DNA from: Tubiluchus corallicola
Lineage: Eukaryota > Animalia > Priapulida
Assembly (NCBI GenBank): GCA_030141605.1
Contig: JAQGDQ010000345.1
Coordinates: 62,001 to 126,000, forward strand
DNA: 64,000 nt
Direction of reading: 5' to 3'
This document shows, one piece after another, positions 1-50,113 of the stretch. Numbering within the stretch: position 1 is the stretch's first letter; every line of letters starts with the position of its first letter. The notes beneath the pieces were generated by a model. That model was not told the DNA's origin. It searched no databases and worked only from the letters and a program-made list of their open reading frames with translations. Both the position numbers and the translations under genes were made by a program.

Positions 1-830
1 CATCACACTTGAATCAGGTTAGTAGACGACAAAGAGTAGTTTTAAATGATGTAACCACTTCCTGGAAAAATGTAACCAGTTGGTTTGTCGGGACGTATTG
101 TTTTCTTATTTTTATCAATGACATTGCTGATTGTGTATCCACTGACACACGTATACCACTGTTTGTTGATGATATAAAACTTTATCATCCAATTAGAAAT
201 TCCTCTGATCAAGTGATCTTACAAGCAGATCTGTCTGAAATTAAGCGACGGTGTGACAACTGGTTAATGCTCCTCAAACATAGTATGTCCAGCACAATTC
301 GTTTTCGTCCTAATTCTACAATGCCTTAGTATCTGAGAGATGGTGTTCAGACCAATAGACGCATTGGAATGATAAAATGCTGCTACTTGTCACATAGCGC
401 AAAAGTTATTGTGCCTCTTTATAAACTGTAGTTAGACCAATATTTGAAAATACGTGCGTTGTATGGTCCGCATGGTATATTACTCTTAAAAATGCTTTAG
501 AAAGAACTCAATGGAAGTGTACTAGTCTGGCCTCTGATATTCAACCTGAATCTGTATCTTTTCTTGAACAATGCCATGATACTAAAGATCTTATTAACTG
601 TTGCAAAGTCATTAGTGATCGTTCTATTTTACGTAGCAGCAAATTTTTTTCTAGACCTTTGATTTACGTGGACATAATTCTAAATTTATCTGTACAACAT
701 TCTCGCACTAATGTCGGAGCCCATTTCTTCTCTTCTCGTCTTTTTGGATCTTTGGAATTCACTTAAAAGTGAAGCAGTTGTTTCATCAAATCTGCCTCAA
801 TTTCACAAATTGTGAGGAGAGACAATCAAT
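1..830 (+). mobile_element. Degenerate non-LTR retrotransposon (CR1/L2/Jockey-like) RT 3' fragment
   Basis: ORF 9..329 reads RRQRVVLN...SWKNVTS...FLIFINDI...LFVDDIKLY...LQADL...CDNWLM (RT domains 4-6). It continues frameshifted as LYK(T)VVRPIFE..CVVW and ends in an AT-rich 3' region. It lies in an ISWI intron. Confidence 0.8.
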
Positions 831-1211
831 AAAGTTATGGTTAGGACTTCTTGTCTGCGTCTCAATTATGCTTTAAATATTTTGCAATTACATAAAGTGA
901 CAGCGTGTACGAAGCAATTTGTTATTTTGCCAGCATTGGAAAAAGCATCTTTTTATTTTGCTACGATTGCTGGAGACCTAACCATCGAATTTTTGGGAAA
1001 TGTATGGATCCATGGTCGGCATCTAGAATGACTGGAACCTTAGCTTCATCAATTGTTAATAAATGTAATTATGTAAATATTGTCATGTTGATAATTAAGG
1101 TACTCAAATCTGGTTAAGATGTGTTTTTTAATTTCGATTTAATGTCATGTAAATGTGCTACATCTTTAACTTTTTTGGTACAGTATTTTGCATTTATTTT
1201 TTTACTTCCAG

Positions 1212-18710
<17,499 letters not shown>

Positions 18711-21210
18711 TTTTGATCAACTTTGACATTCCTCTAGTGAAAATCTCCAATCTGTGGTTGTATGTGGCATTTTGTCAAAAACACTGTCCACTATTTATTG
18801 TGTCAACTTTATTTATATAAATGGTCACGGGTGGACGAGTTATTGTATCACTTGCTCCTGTGACGCCTACTTAAAGGCTGGGTTTGTATAGGTGGTATAA
18901 CCACGTTTTTAATTTTTAAAAGGCTTCAGCAAGTGTTTTATGTATACATTTGTTACCACTTTTGTTTAGTAAATATTTCTTTTCCCTCAAAAACGGATTC
19001 ATGACAGTAGACTATTGCCAGCAAGGTCATCTTGCTGTAATCTTGTCACAAACAGAAGCTTTATCTGCTTTAACAGAACAGGAATTCATTTGTCTCAGTA
19101 AAATTATTTTTGTTTGTTGCTTTAGTGGCAACAAGATGCTTTAGTGGCTATTCCAGTTATAAATATTGCCCAAGTTTTTGCCTGATTTCAATGGCTTGAA
19201 TAGGCATGCAAGTCAAAATTAAAGAAATTGTCATAAGTTTCCTTTTTTCAAACAGCAGTTTTGTAAGAAGTTTAGAAAAGATGTAACTTGCTAACAAGAA
19301 ACCATGTAACAATATTATGGCCATGTATGTCACCCATTATGTATTTTGTAATAAATTTACGTGAAAATTGTAGAATTGAATTTGTATTCGTTATATGCCC
19401 ATGTTAATTTTATGGCATTTGTGAGAGAGCACAGTAAGCATACCAGCATCTTGATGCTCAGTGCAAGTGTAAAAATTGGTAAGAAAGGTACAAAAAATGT
19501 CAATCTGAAAATCCCACTTAATTTATTGTTTGTAAATCCAAGCATTGCATTCTGACTGCACTCATACAGGTAAACAACTGATATTGCTGACACCTTCTCA
19601 CTTTCTCTTTGTGATGCAGGACATTTTTTCCTTGCATGAAAACAGAAATACAATAACTATTTAGCATTCTGTGTTTTAAAGGGACTTCTTCAGCCAAATT
19701 TTGAATACATGCGTGTATGAACAGTCACCTTTTGTAACTGACAATGCAAGATTAACCAGTGAAAAATGACATTGGCATTGAACATGAGACGTGAAAGATG
19801 GCATAACCTTTATATGCTGGGAAGAAAAATATGTATACATGTACCATATATTCCTTGGCTTATTCCCATCTTTTATTTTATTAGATAGAGGTCTAAATAA
19901 GCATATTCAAAAAATTGCTATGAAAAAGTGCGTAGAAATGTACTTTCTTGAAAATCAGCACATGGCAGCAGTTCGGGAATTGTCAGAATGTGTAATTTAT
20001 TAACCAATTGTCACAAGTTCACGAAGTGCAAAATAAACTTCAGTTATTTGCAAGCAATGAAGGCTATCATAATTGGAAAAACAATTCATCATACGTTTCA
20101 CGTAGCAGTCACGGCATTCAATTAAAATAAAAAGGGTCGAGATTATCACTCAAATTGTAGGAACTTTCACTCACTGCAAAAAGGCCTCAGTTTATGCACA
20201 TCAGAACAGTTTCATTGTCACAAGTGTTTCACTTGCAGCTCTGGACAATATACCAGTTATTGAAACAGTCTATCATTATACATGATCCTATTGTGACTGG
20301 TATAGTTTACCTATCTAAACCTGGATTATTTATTAAGAGATGCAAACTTTTCTCCCAAATGATACACCTCTCACTTTGATTTTATCACAGCATTTTTCAG
20401 ATTCGTAGTCAGTTTCCTTAATGCATTGCACTTGGTGTTTTCCAGAGCCTTTCTGTAGAGAGAGGGTCAAACATAATTTTGAACAGTGTTCTTAAATTCA
20501 TAAAATCATTTTCAAAAAATGACATGCTCTAAAACCCTGATAATAAGATTTTTAGTATTGCAAAACATTTTAATAGCAAGTATGTTTTGCACTAGTCATT
20601 GTTGGTATTATATGTATTTTTGTAAATCATGCTTAATGAAACTTACACTTGTGAACAAATTTCTGTTGAGAAGGGATGCACCGGATCCACTATCTGGGTC
20701 CCACCAGACCCATTGCACTGCATCTATATGTGCCGGATTGGGTTCCAAAACCAGATCTACAAATTAATGTAAATGCCTGTCCAGTTTCAGGGTGGCAGAG
20801 TAATTTTAAGTGAAAAAATTGGAGAAAGTGCAAAGAAGAAAGACAGGTGTGTATATGTCAGTAAACCAAGGTAGTTTTTCTACATCAATGCAGAGCCTGT
20901 AGAAATGAACTTCTACTCATACACATCATCACATCAGTGATCGAGTTTTCAGCATACAACTTGGAAGTACAGCTAGCTAATGCTAAAGTACTTGGCACTT
21001 CATGAAACACGTTCAAAGAACGAACATTTTATATGAGAACCATCATTTTCATAAATTACATAATTAATTGATTGTAGTGAATACATGAATTAACAAATGT
21101 ATGCTACAATCATGTCAGAAATAAAGCAATCATAGTATACATAGGAAAAGACAAATAATATGTGATGTGCACTCAGAATGCAATAATTCACGGTATTGAC
21201 CATCATTTGT

Positions 21211-41468
<20,258 letters not shown>

Positions 41469-41625
41469 TTTACAGAAGCACTGACAAAAACCGCAAAATG
41501 TTAAACTTCGACTTTGTCGCGTTTCAAGAAAAATAAAATCAATGGTTTCCGACGACCGCGCCTCTGAACTTTGTGGGTTAGTGAAAAACGGAAAATGAGA
41601 TATATTGCACTCGATTGCTTATCAG

Positions 41626-41968
41626 TAGGGGTGATCATTCTCTACCAGAAAGCGAATTCAAATCGAATCGAATTTGCGACTTTCGAATTGAACCGAATTT
41701 CAGTATTTCGAATTGAGTTTGAGAGATTTTCGAACCAGTAGCAAAAACTAAAAAACTAAACTTTCGAACCAAAAGCATACGAGATCATGTATATTACTTG
41801 ATTTGTTCTGCAGCAAACTTTGAACATAAACTGCAGCTGAATTGTGCTAATTGCATGCTGTTTCAAACATTTTAATGACAAAGAACATGAGTGGAATTCG
41901 AACTAAAAAACCGTTCGAATCGAATTCGAAGGTTCGAATTTGACTCGAAAGTTCGATGCTCACCCATA
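41626..41968. mobile_element. hAT-superfamily MITE upstream of UBE3A
   Basis: Perfect 8-bp TSD CTTATCAG (41618-41625, 41969-41976). Imperfect TIR TAGGGGTGATCAT/ATGCTCACCCATA and multiple TTCGAA subterminal motifs. Confidence 0.85.
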
Positions 41969-43297
41969 CTTATCAGCCTGTTTGGTTTGCTTTTATTTGG
42001 ACAAAAATTAATAGTAAACGAGTCATCCTGACATGACACCAGGTTGTTGAAGACCATCGTTTGTATCCGCTGGAAGATAACACAATAAAGGTTTCCTATA
42101 TTCCATTGTGATCCCTGTTACAGATATACACAATATTACTCTTTAGTATTTTAGAATTTGAAGTATTTTTGTTACAAATATAATGTAATCAATTATGATT
42201 CTTATAATATTGCTATTACCTTATTATTGTTGTTCTTCCAATTAAATTATCTATTTAAGGCCTGCCCTCCCAATGATGCTAGGATGCTACTAACAAACAA
42301 GTTAAATGCACGGTACACAAATTTTGCAGTACTTTAAGATACAAGTGGCAGGCATTAAACAATGACGCAAGGCAAATTTCTTGCAAAATAAAAGTACAGA
42401 CACAGAAATTCGAATTATACAACTTTATTAAAATAGTACAATAAAAAGCAACATAATTTAATTGTCATTGTTGCACCTGGTTGTTGTTACAATATATGTA
42501 TTACTTATTGCTATTATACATCATTATAATTATTATTACACTAACCAAAGCATACTTATTTTAATGAAAATGCACTTCAGCAAAATAATTTAATAAAAAC
42601 TAATACATCACAAGCAAAAACAAGTTAAAAGTATTTTGTGCCTGATGAATTAAACATGGAAGCATCTTTTTCCTAAATGTAACTTTAATGATGGAAAAAG
42701 GCCCACAAAAACAAATTAAATAATGACTATGCAAGCTTGTAGGCAGAACTTATAGCAAGATGATGTATAAATTGCCTACGTATATATATATATATATATA
42801 AATACTTATGTGGATCGCACACTTTTCCATTCCAAGCAGGAATTCTAGGCAAGAAGCCTATGAAATAAAACTCCTGAAAGAGGAAAACAATCTGCAGCAG
42901 TGTGGCAAGTGAAATCATAAAGATACAGTCTTCCTGGCAGATAAAATTCCCACTCACAAAACAGGTTTAGTGTTGCTTAATACTAGGTCAAGATCTTAAC
43001 TTAGATGAAGAGCTGCACCCCATGACCATACAACCTTTACCTTAGCCAGTTTCAGTAAAATTAACAGTTGAGATTCTGTTGCACAAATAGAATCACTATT
43101 ACGCGACATTGCCATTATCAATTTTTTTTGCAAATGTACACAATTTACGCCATTAGTGCAAACACAATTATCTACAGTCTTACTAAAATTCAAGAAGCTT
43201 GAAGAAACTTTATCGAAGTTTAAATTTCGTAATTAAACTCAAAACTAAGTGCATCATAAGAACAATAGTGCCACTACAGTCCTGAGTATGCCTGATG

Positions 43298-43526
43298 TCA
43301 GGTGACCTTTGGTTCAGCAGAGTTCTCTACCAGTCGGCGTTTCTCGCAGAGGAATGCATGTTCGGGAAGATCATACATAAGTGTACTGTGAAAGCCCACA
43401 TTTGTGACAACAACAGTGTACTCGCTCAGTGCAAATAAAGTGTAAACTGAAAAGAATAAAATCGATTACTTAAATCAATGTCTTTATAATAAAACACCAT
43501 ATTTTTATCACATATTATAACCCCCC

Positions 43527-43576
<50 letters not shown>

Positions 43577-43656
43577 AATAAAGATATCAAACCCAATCCC
43601 AGTTTCGGCATAGAAAAGATCTGCAGTGCGACGAGGGAACAAAATTATATACATAC

Positions 43657-43703
<47 letters not shown>

Positions 43704-46700
43704 CTCACCTCCAGGTTCGCAGTAAGCATTGTGTCGCCAATAGAAATACCCAGATAACAGCAGAGCAATCATGTTTGTCATCACCATCTTTATCTTAATA
43801 TTGTAAGAAAAACGTGCCTGGAATACAAAATAAAGTTTGAAAAGTTTAACCTAGCAAGATATGATCATCTGCTGTTATGATGATACATTCTTTCACAAAT
43901 GGTGATCAAACAAGTCATCCAGTACTCCAGATTACAATGAAGAACCACTTTTTAAATAGATGCCAAGGACTACTTTTAGATTAAAAAATTTAAAGCAGAT
44001 TTTGCTTAACAACAGCAGCATTTATCACACCCTTAGTACTAAATCAGTGAAAGCCATAGTAATGAGATATATGCAAGAGTAGAAGTGAAGTCCAATGACA
44101 CACATCAAGCAGTGAAAAAAACAAAGTTTGAGTAGCTGTTTGGTTAGTCTTGATACTGACTCGCATTAATACCATTCGCAAATTGTCATATCCTTATTTC
44201 CTGAACTTATGTATCTGTGAAGTAAGTCAAGCCACCCTAAATGTAGAACAAAACTGAACAAAGATTAATGTATAAAGATTCTTAAGATTCCTGGCATCCT
44301 GGCATCTACGATTTGAAAACAATATTTGAGTGACCATTGTAAAAGACCAAAAAGGACTAATTTGTCTAAAAAGATTATTTCCGTACAAGAATTTAATACG
44401 AAAAGCTTACAATTACTATGATTAAACCACTAAAAATCAGATGTATGTGTTGAATGTAGCCCTCTATAACAATTCTATAAAATTATGATAACAATGAATT
44501 ACTAGCTTCAAAGTTAAGACTATGTTTCTCCCTTTAAAGTTCATATCCTCATAATTTTCATGCTTTGATAAAGGAATAAGTTATTAATTAGAAAAAAGAT
44601 GGCTAGAGACAGGAATTAAGATCAGCCACCCCTAAAACATTACTTGGAAAGTAGGCCACTTTAGAAAAGACCTCTTTGGGAGTTTAACTATTTTACTCTA
44701 ATAATTCCAAAATATGTACAAAATTTCATAAAAAAAACTAAGGTTCTCACCTGGAAAGATGGAGCTTTCCCGTGAGCCCACTTATAAATGACAAGGCTGA
44801 GCCAAAAATACATTAAAGCTCCCACAGTGAATGTGCAAAAGAACAATTCATGAATGCCTGAAAGAGTACCAATGAATTTTTGAAGCCCATATTAAACATT
44901 ATGAGCTATTATATATATATATAATATTATATAGCGGTTAATATATATATATATATATATTAGCCACTGTGATGCCATTCAATAGTGAATATGCCACAAA
45001 ATAGAAACTACTGTGAATTCATAACACATAAATGAAAACTGCAAAGCATAAACAAGAAATAAACTACAAATTTACTAACCTTTATTTTCTGAGGAAGAAA
45101 TAAACGTAAGTCCTATCAGTGAAACATTATCCACAAGATATGCCATACAGTTTATTACGATGCATGCCTTATAGAGGGCAGGCTGATATTCAACACGGAA
45201 ACAACTGAAATGTAGTAAAAAAAATAAATCATTTACATCATAATTATAAGAAAATGTCAATAGATGGCAATAAGTCAATGCCTTTATGATGGCATATCAA
45301 AATCAGAGGAACTGCAAATCCTAGTGTTGCTTCTTTTGGGCAGCAAATTTTGTTAACGTCAAAACTACATTGATTTACGTTTATATTGTGCTATAAACAC
45401 TTTCTAACAAAAATATCCAAGTAGTACTACAGTGGTAATGAACATAAAACAACTAAACGAGCATTCAGCTGTCTCCTGTTCAACCCTCCCTATCCATCAT
45501 TTTTGTGTTTCTTTGTTGTTCTTGTTCTTGTACTGCCACCTCAACTTTAACCTTTACTTTTTGAACAAGTTGAATTACTTATTCAAATGACAATTTTAAC
45601 TCCAAAGGGAGCAGACAATCATAAGAAGAAGCCAAAGTCTTTCAACACAATTTACTGTCACATGAACTCACGACCACAAAGTGCCACCAGAATATTCGGA
45701 AAACAGTCGCAATGAAACACTTTTGTCTAATGGTAATTTCAAGTAAGAAACGTCCAGTAGTAGAATTTTAGCTAAAAATCAATAAACCATACATCTTCTC
45801 TACTCTGATTGGACAATCTATCTTAAATAGTAACATACAGCTAGCTGGGTATAACACCTAGAATTCAGAAACAGTTAAATTGTTTGTCAGACTCAATCTA
45901 TAAACACTAGTCAGCCATGATATATAGCTATTTCGTAATCACCTGATTAGCAACTATTAATAGGTCTTACTCCCAAGCTTAACTCAATTGCTATTTTGTA
46001 CCTTTAGGTTCTCTTCTCTACTCTAGATTACTGAAACTTATTACCTCCAATACAAAAAAAAACTTTTTATGATAAATCTCTTTGTAAGGATCCTTTACAC
46101 ACACATATATGCATATATGTGTGTGTATAAGTATGTGTACGTATGTGCCGTATATGTATATGTGTGTGTATGTACGTATATATATATGTGCGTATATATA
46201 TGTATATATATATATATCTGCGTGTGTGTGTGTGTATGTGTGTGAACCAAAGTCACATGGGTGCTGGTAATGGGTTTACTATCCTATTCCTAAAAATAAA
46301 AAAAACACGCTCTTTGTGCTTTACTGGATTTGCTATTGGCTAGCTTGAAACCTTGGTCCATTGTGGTAGGTCGCTGAACATCTTCAGTCCAATTGGAAAT
46401 ATGCTTGCTTACCTGCTTGAATATATTTGCTATATTTATGATTAAATTTGCTTTTTTTTAAACTGTCACATTTAAAATTTAATTACAGTTTTTTCTTTTT
46501 TTTGTTTGATGTTCATTCAATAGCTGCATTTATAAATTGATTGCATTGTTTGCTTTTGTGTATATTTGTCACGTTGTGATTACTGATTGCTTTTGTTCAT
46601 TCATTACATTTAAGTCTTACTGCACAAATTTTCTTCCTTTTGTTTTTTTTGTTGTGCATTCATTATTTAACTACATTTTCGTTCATTTGCTGCATTTTAG

Positions 46701-47741
46701 TTCACTCGCTGCACTTATGATTTAACCAGATTGCTTGCTTTTTTGTTGTTGCCTTCATGACTTGTTCATGACTTTTTGTTCTAATTTTTAATTGCATTAC
46801 TTGCTTGCTTTTTTCCATTGGTATAATTATAATATAACTGCTTTGCATTTTGTTTAATTGCTACACTTAAGACAATTATTATTCACTTAACCATGTAGTC
46901 TACCGTGCTTTATAATATTCCTAAGTTATATAGGGGTGGCTGACTCGATGACCTTCTGGTCTTTCGCCACCCCATCTCTACACACTTTATATAATTTGTT
47001 GTATTTGTGCTATGAATATTATATTAGAGATAAATAAACCTTTTGAATTTGAATTGAATTGAACAGTATAGCCAGAGAAACATATAACTATCAACAGTAA
47101 AAAAGCCTACATATTACCTGTAGTAACTATAATACAACGGCGCTACAATTAATCTGGGTGAAGAATGCAGTGCAATACAGATCCTCCATATATATCGCTG
47201 TGGTGTGTAGTCTCCTATAGCTGCACTAATGGATGGTAAGTAATTTGGCACCTGAAATATAGTTAATAGATCCATGAGTCTTAGTATAGCCTGAGAAACA
47301 TACAACTATCAACAGTAAAAAAAGCCTACGTATTACCTGTTGTAACTATAATACAACGGTGCTACAATTAATAATCTCAATCATGAATATGAAAAATCTC
47401 AAATGCTCATAGCATCACAGACATATCAGTAGTCTCATTTCCTTCACAAATCTACAGAAATATAGTTTAGATGTCACAATACAAGGAAAAGTGTATCAGA
47501 AAAGGTAAAGATTCACCAAATACACAATTAAGACAAACAACCTGTTTAACAATTAAAACACATGAAAATAAAGCTACTCCGGTAACTCTGTAACACTTAC
47601 CTTGCAGTGTGTAGCTGTACTGCCTTCAAAATGAAGCCAAACTGACAGTAATATGCAAGAAGCAAAGGCAAACAACGGAAGTGAAAGTACCATCAATGAC
47701 AGCTGTTTCAGTTTTATTTTCAACTTGACATCGGCATCCAT
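43298..47741 (-). CDS. PGAP2: Post-GPI attachment to proteins factor 2 (Frag1/DRAM/Sfk1 family)
   Basis: Exons 47741-47601, 47251-47118, 45204-45080, 44857-44751, 43817-43709, 43446-43298 total 765 nt (254 aa). Motifs [57 protein letters not shown] and NVGFH. Confidence 0.93.
43527..43697. repeat. (CT)n and (CATA)n/(TA)n microsatellites in the last PGAP2 intron
   Basis: Directly visible simple repeats. Confidence 0.9.
46097..46243. repeat. Mixed (TA/TG)n microsatellite
   Basis: Alternating purine-pyrimidine tract. Confidence 0.85.
46925..47063 (+). mobile_element. L2-like LINE 3' end remnant
   Basis: GGGGTGGC...GCCACCCC stem, then AATAAA and a (TTGAA)n tail. Confidence 0.45.
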
Positions 47742-48129
47742 TTTTACAGGTCCAAATCATATGATGTTTTCAATTGTCTAAGAAACATAGAAAAACATCA
47801 CGTTTTTTCAACGCAAAGGTGATAAACTTCAAGTAGGCATACTCAACAAAGCGTGATTTACAAAATAGATGCAGTGTTTGATATATCACGTTAATATAAT
47901 ACACTAAATCATTTAGTGTTGTGCTAGCGTCACAAATAACAGTGCTTAAACAGAACTGTGTATGATATAACACTGAAGGGTTTTTTACACATCATGGCTA
48001 TCCATATCTGAAAAAAAATTGCAAATACTAGAAGAGGGTAGCCGCAAGGTAACTACATGACAACTTGTATCTAAAACTGTTCACAGTAAAAATGGTAGTT
48101 GAAAGTATTCAAATCGCTCTAAGTTCGTA

Positions 48130-48293
48130 CATTTGACAGAACCGCTAGTATTTGTGAAACTCATCCGTTTGTAACACTAATACTATACACAAGCAGGGAA
48201 ATCTTTTTAATTTTTTCTGCTTGACAGCCTTCTACATTTCGTTTTAGCGATGCCTTAAATTCAAAAGATTTCGACGCAGGAGAGTATGTGGCT
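48130..48293. promoter_or_regulatory. Probable bidirectional promoter between PGAP2 and ATG13
   Basis: Head-to-head genes. There is a plus-strand GTAAGT donor at 48294 (likely ATG13 non-coding exon 1), a minus-strand donor at about 48128 and an acceptor at about 48007 (PGAP2 5' UTR). Confidence 0.45.
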
Positions 48294-48484
48294 GTAAGTT
48301 TTGTGAAATTTGTTGTCGACTTATTGTTACACTAAATTATTTAAAGCAGATGCTTAATTTGGTATCTAAAAAAGCAAATCTTTACATTTTAACACCTTCT
48401 CGCTCCAACTGCTTTATCACCATCTGCTGGAATTTCTGTGTTTTAGGGTAATCCTATCATTTGTTCATGTAGGTAGGCTAAACA

Positions 48485-49730
48485 AAATTGACAGTGACTA
48501 AAGTAAAGGTAGTCAAGGATGCAGCAACTAAAAATACAGATCCGTGTCTAGAATTGTCTAAGATAACTGTACAAGTTGAAGAAGAAGACAGTGAAGATGA
48601 AGCAATTTGGATATTAATTGATAATACCAAAATAAATAGGCTTAATAATATATGCTCCTCAAGAAAGTGGAGTAAGCAAAGAAGAAATCTTAAAAATGCA
48701 TAGCAAAATAGAGACACAAATACATTGTGCAGAAAATAATAATCAGAAATGCTTAATCGTGGGTGATTTTAATGCAAAAATAATCGGGAAAAAAATAAAA
48801 GGGAATCAAGAAGTAAGCTGGGCAGGCAAACAATTACTAAAATTGATGGCAGCAGAAAATATGATAACAGCTAATCAACTGAGTAATTGTAAAGGAATAT
48901 GGACTAGAGAGCACAGTGAAAGTAAATCCGTAATAGATTACTTATTAATAAATCAAGAAGATCGAAATGCCATAAAATATACAATTATTGATGAAGAGAA
49001 ACAATGTGAATATACAGACTAATACAAGATAAAGATGGCAAGCAGCCTGCCAGGCATTCTGATCATAATGTGATAGTATCTGAATTTAATTGGGTGGAGG
49101 AATACAAGTGACCAGCTGAAAATGAAGGTAATAAGAGGAAGGTAATGATAATAAATAAAAGAAGACTTGATATATTTAATAATTTGTCTAAAGCTAGTAA
49201 TTTAAATGAAATTTGGAGCAATGAACTTACAATAAATGAACTTTATAGTAAATGGGAAAGTGAAGCAATTGAAATATGTGATAAATGTTTTCTAAGAAAG
49301 AAGAAGAAATGGGTTAATAGGGAAAAATAGTTCGAAGCTTAATGAATGAAAAAAGAAAAATCAGAAAAATTGGAACAACAAAATGAAATGAAAAGCAAAA
49401 TTAATAGATTGAGAATAGAGTTGATTGACGAATTAATTATAACCCAACACCAGGAAGCCAGAAGAGCAAAAATTAACAATACAATTAAAAGGATGATTAA
49501 AGGAAATAAATTAGATCACGGCGCTTTTCGGGAATTTAAAAAAAGGATAGATCCAGTGAAATCAGAGGTAGCTAGTGCTATACTAGATGAAGAAGGAAAA
49601 AGAATTGAAGTTGTTAAAGAAATTAAAGATGAATATGCAAAATACTATTTAGAACTTTTAACCCCAGCACAAGGAAAAAAAACCAAGAGGATTTAAAAGT
49701 AGAGGAAATGATACATAAATACAGCGAGTG
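48485..49730 (+). mobile_element. Degenerate LINE fragment, APE endonuclease region
   Basis: Frameshifted IYAPQ, IVGDFNAKI, WTR...KSVIDYLL and SDHN motifs followed by a Lys/Glu-rich linker. It lies in the presumed ATG13 5' UTR intron. Confidence 0.85.
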
Positions 49731-50113
49731 ATGTCTTAGAAGTCACTTCAGAATGGTCTTCAACTACCATTAAAATGCTCTTTTCTGCATTAACATTTGA
49801 AGTTCTAAGTCTTTGAGCATCACAACCTGTAAGGTGAATTTCTTACCAGTATAATTTTTTGTTTTTTTTCAGCAGTATTTTATAGTTTGTATCAATTTCT
49901 CTGCACAACTTATCACAGCTGTTCTAGCTATGCCTCTGAATATACATACATTGTATGATTTATATACTATGTGATAGTTAACATCTAACTAAATTTTTAT
50001 TTTTTTTGTTTTTCCAGGTCTGTATAAAATGTGAACAAACCTGTAGTAAAGAGATGTGATTGCATGATGTGACTACCCAGACATTTTTAAACTGGTAACG
50101 TGCTCACACTAGA

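Noticed and set aside
43426-43768. ORFs with (RE)n and (YI)n runs
   Set aside because: These are translations of microsatellites in a PGAP2 intron.
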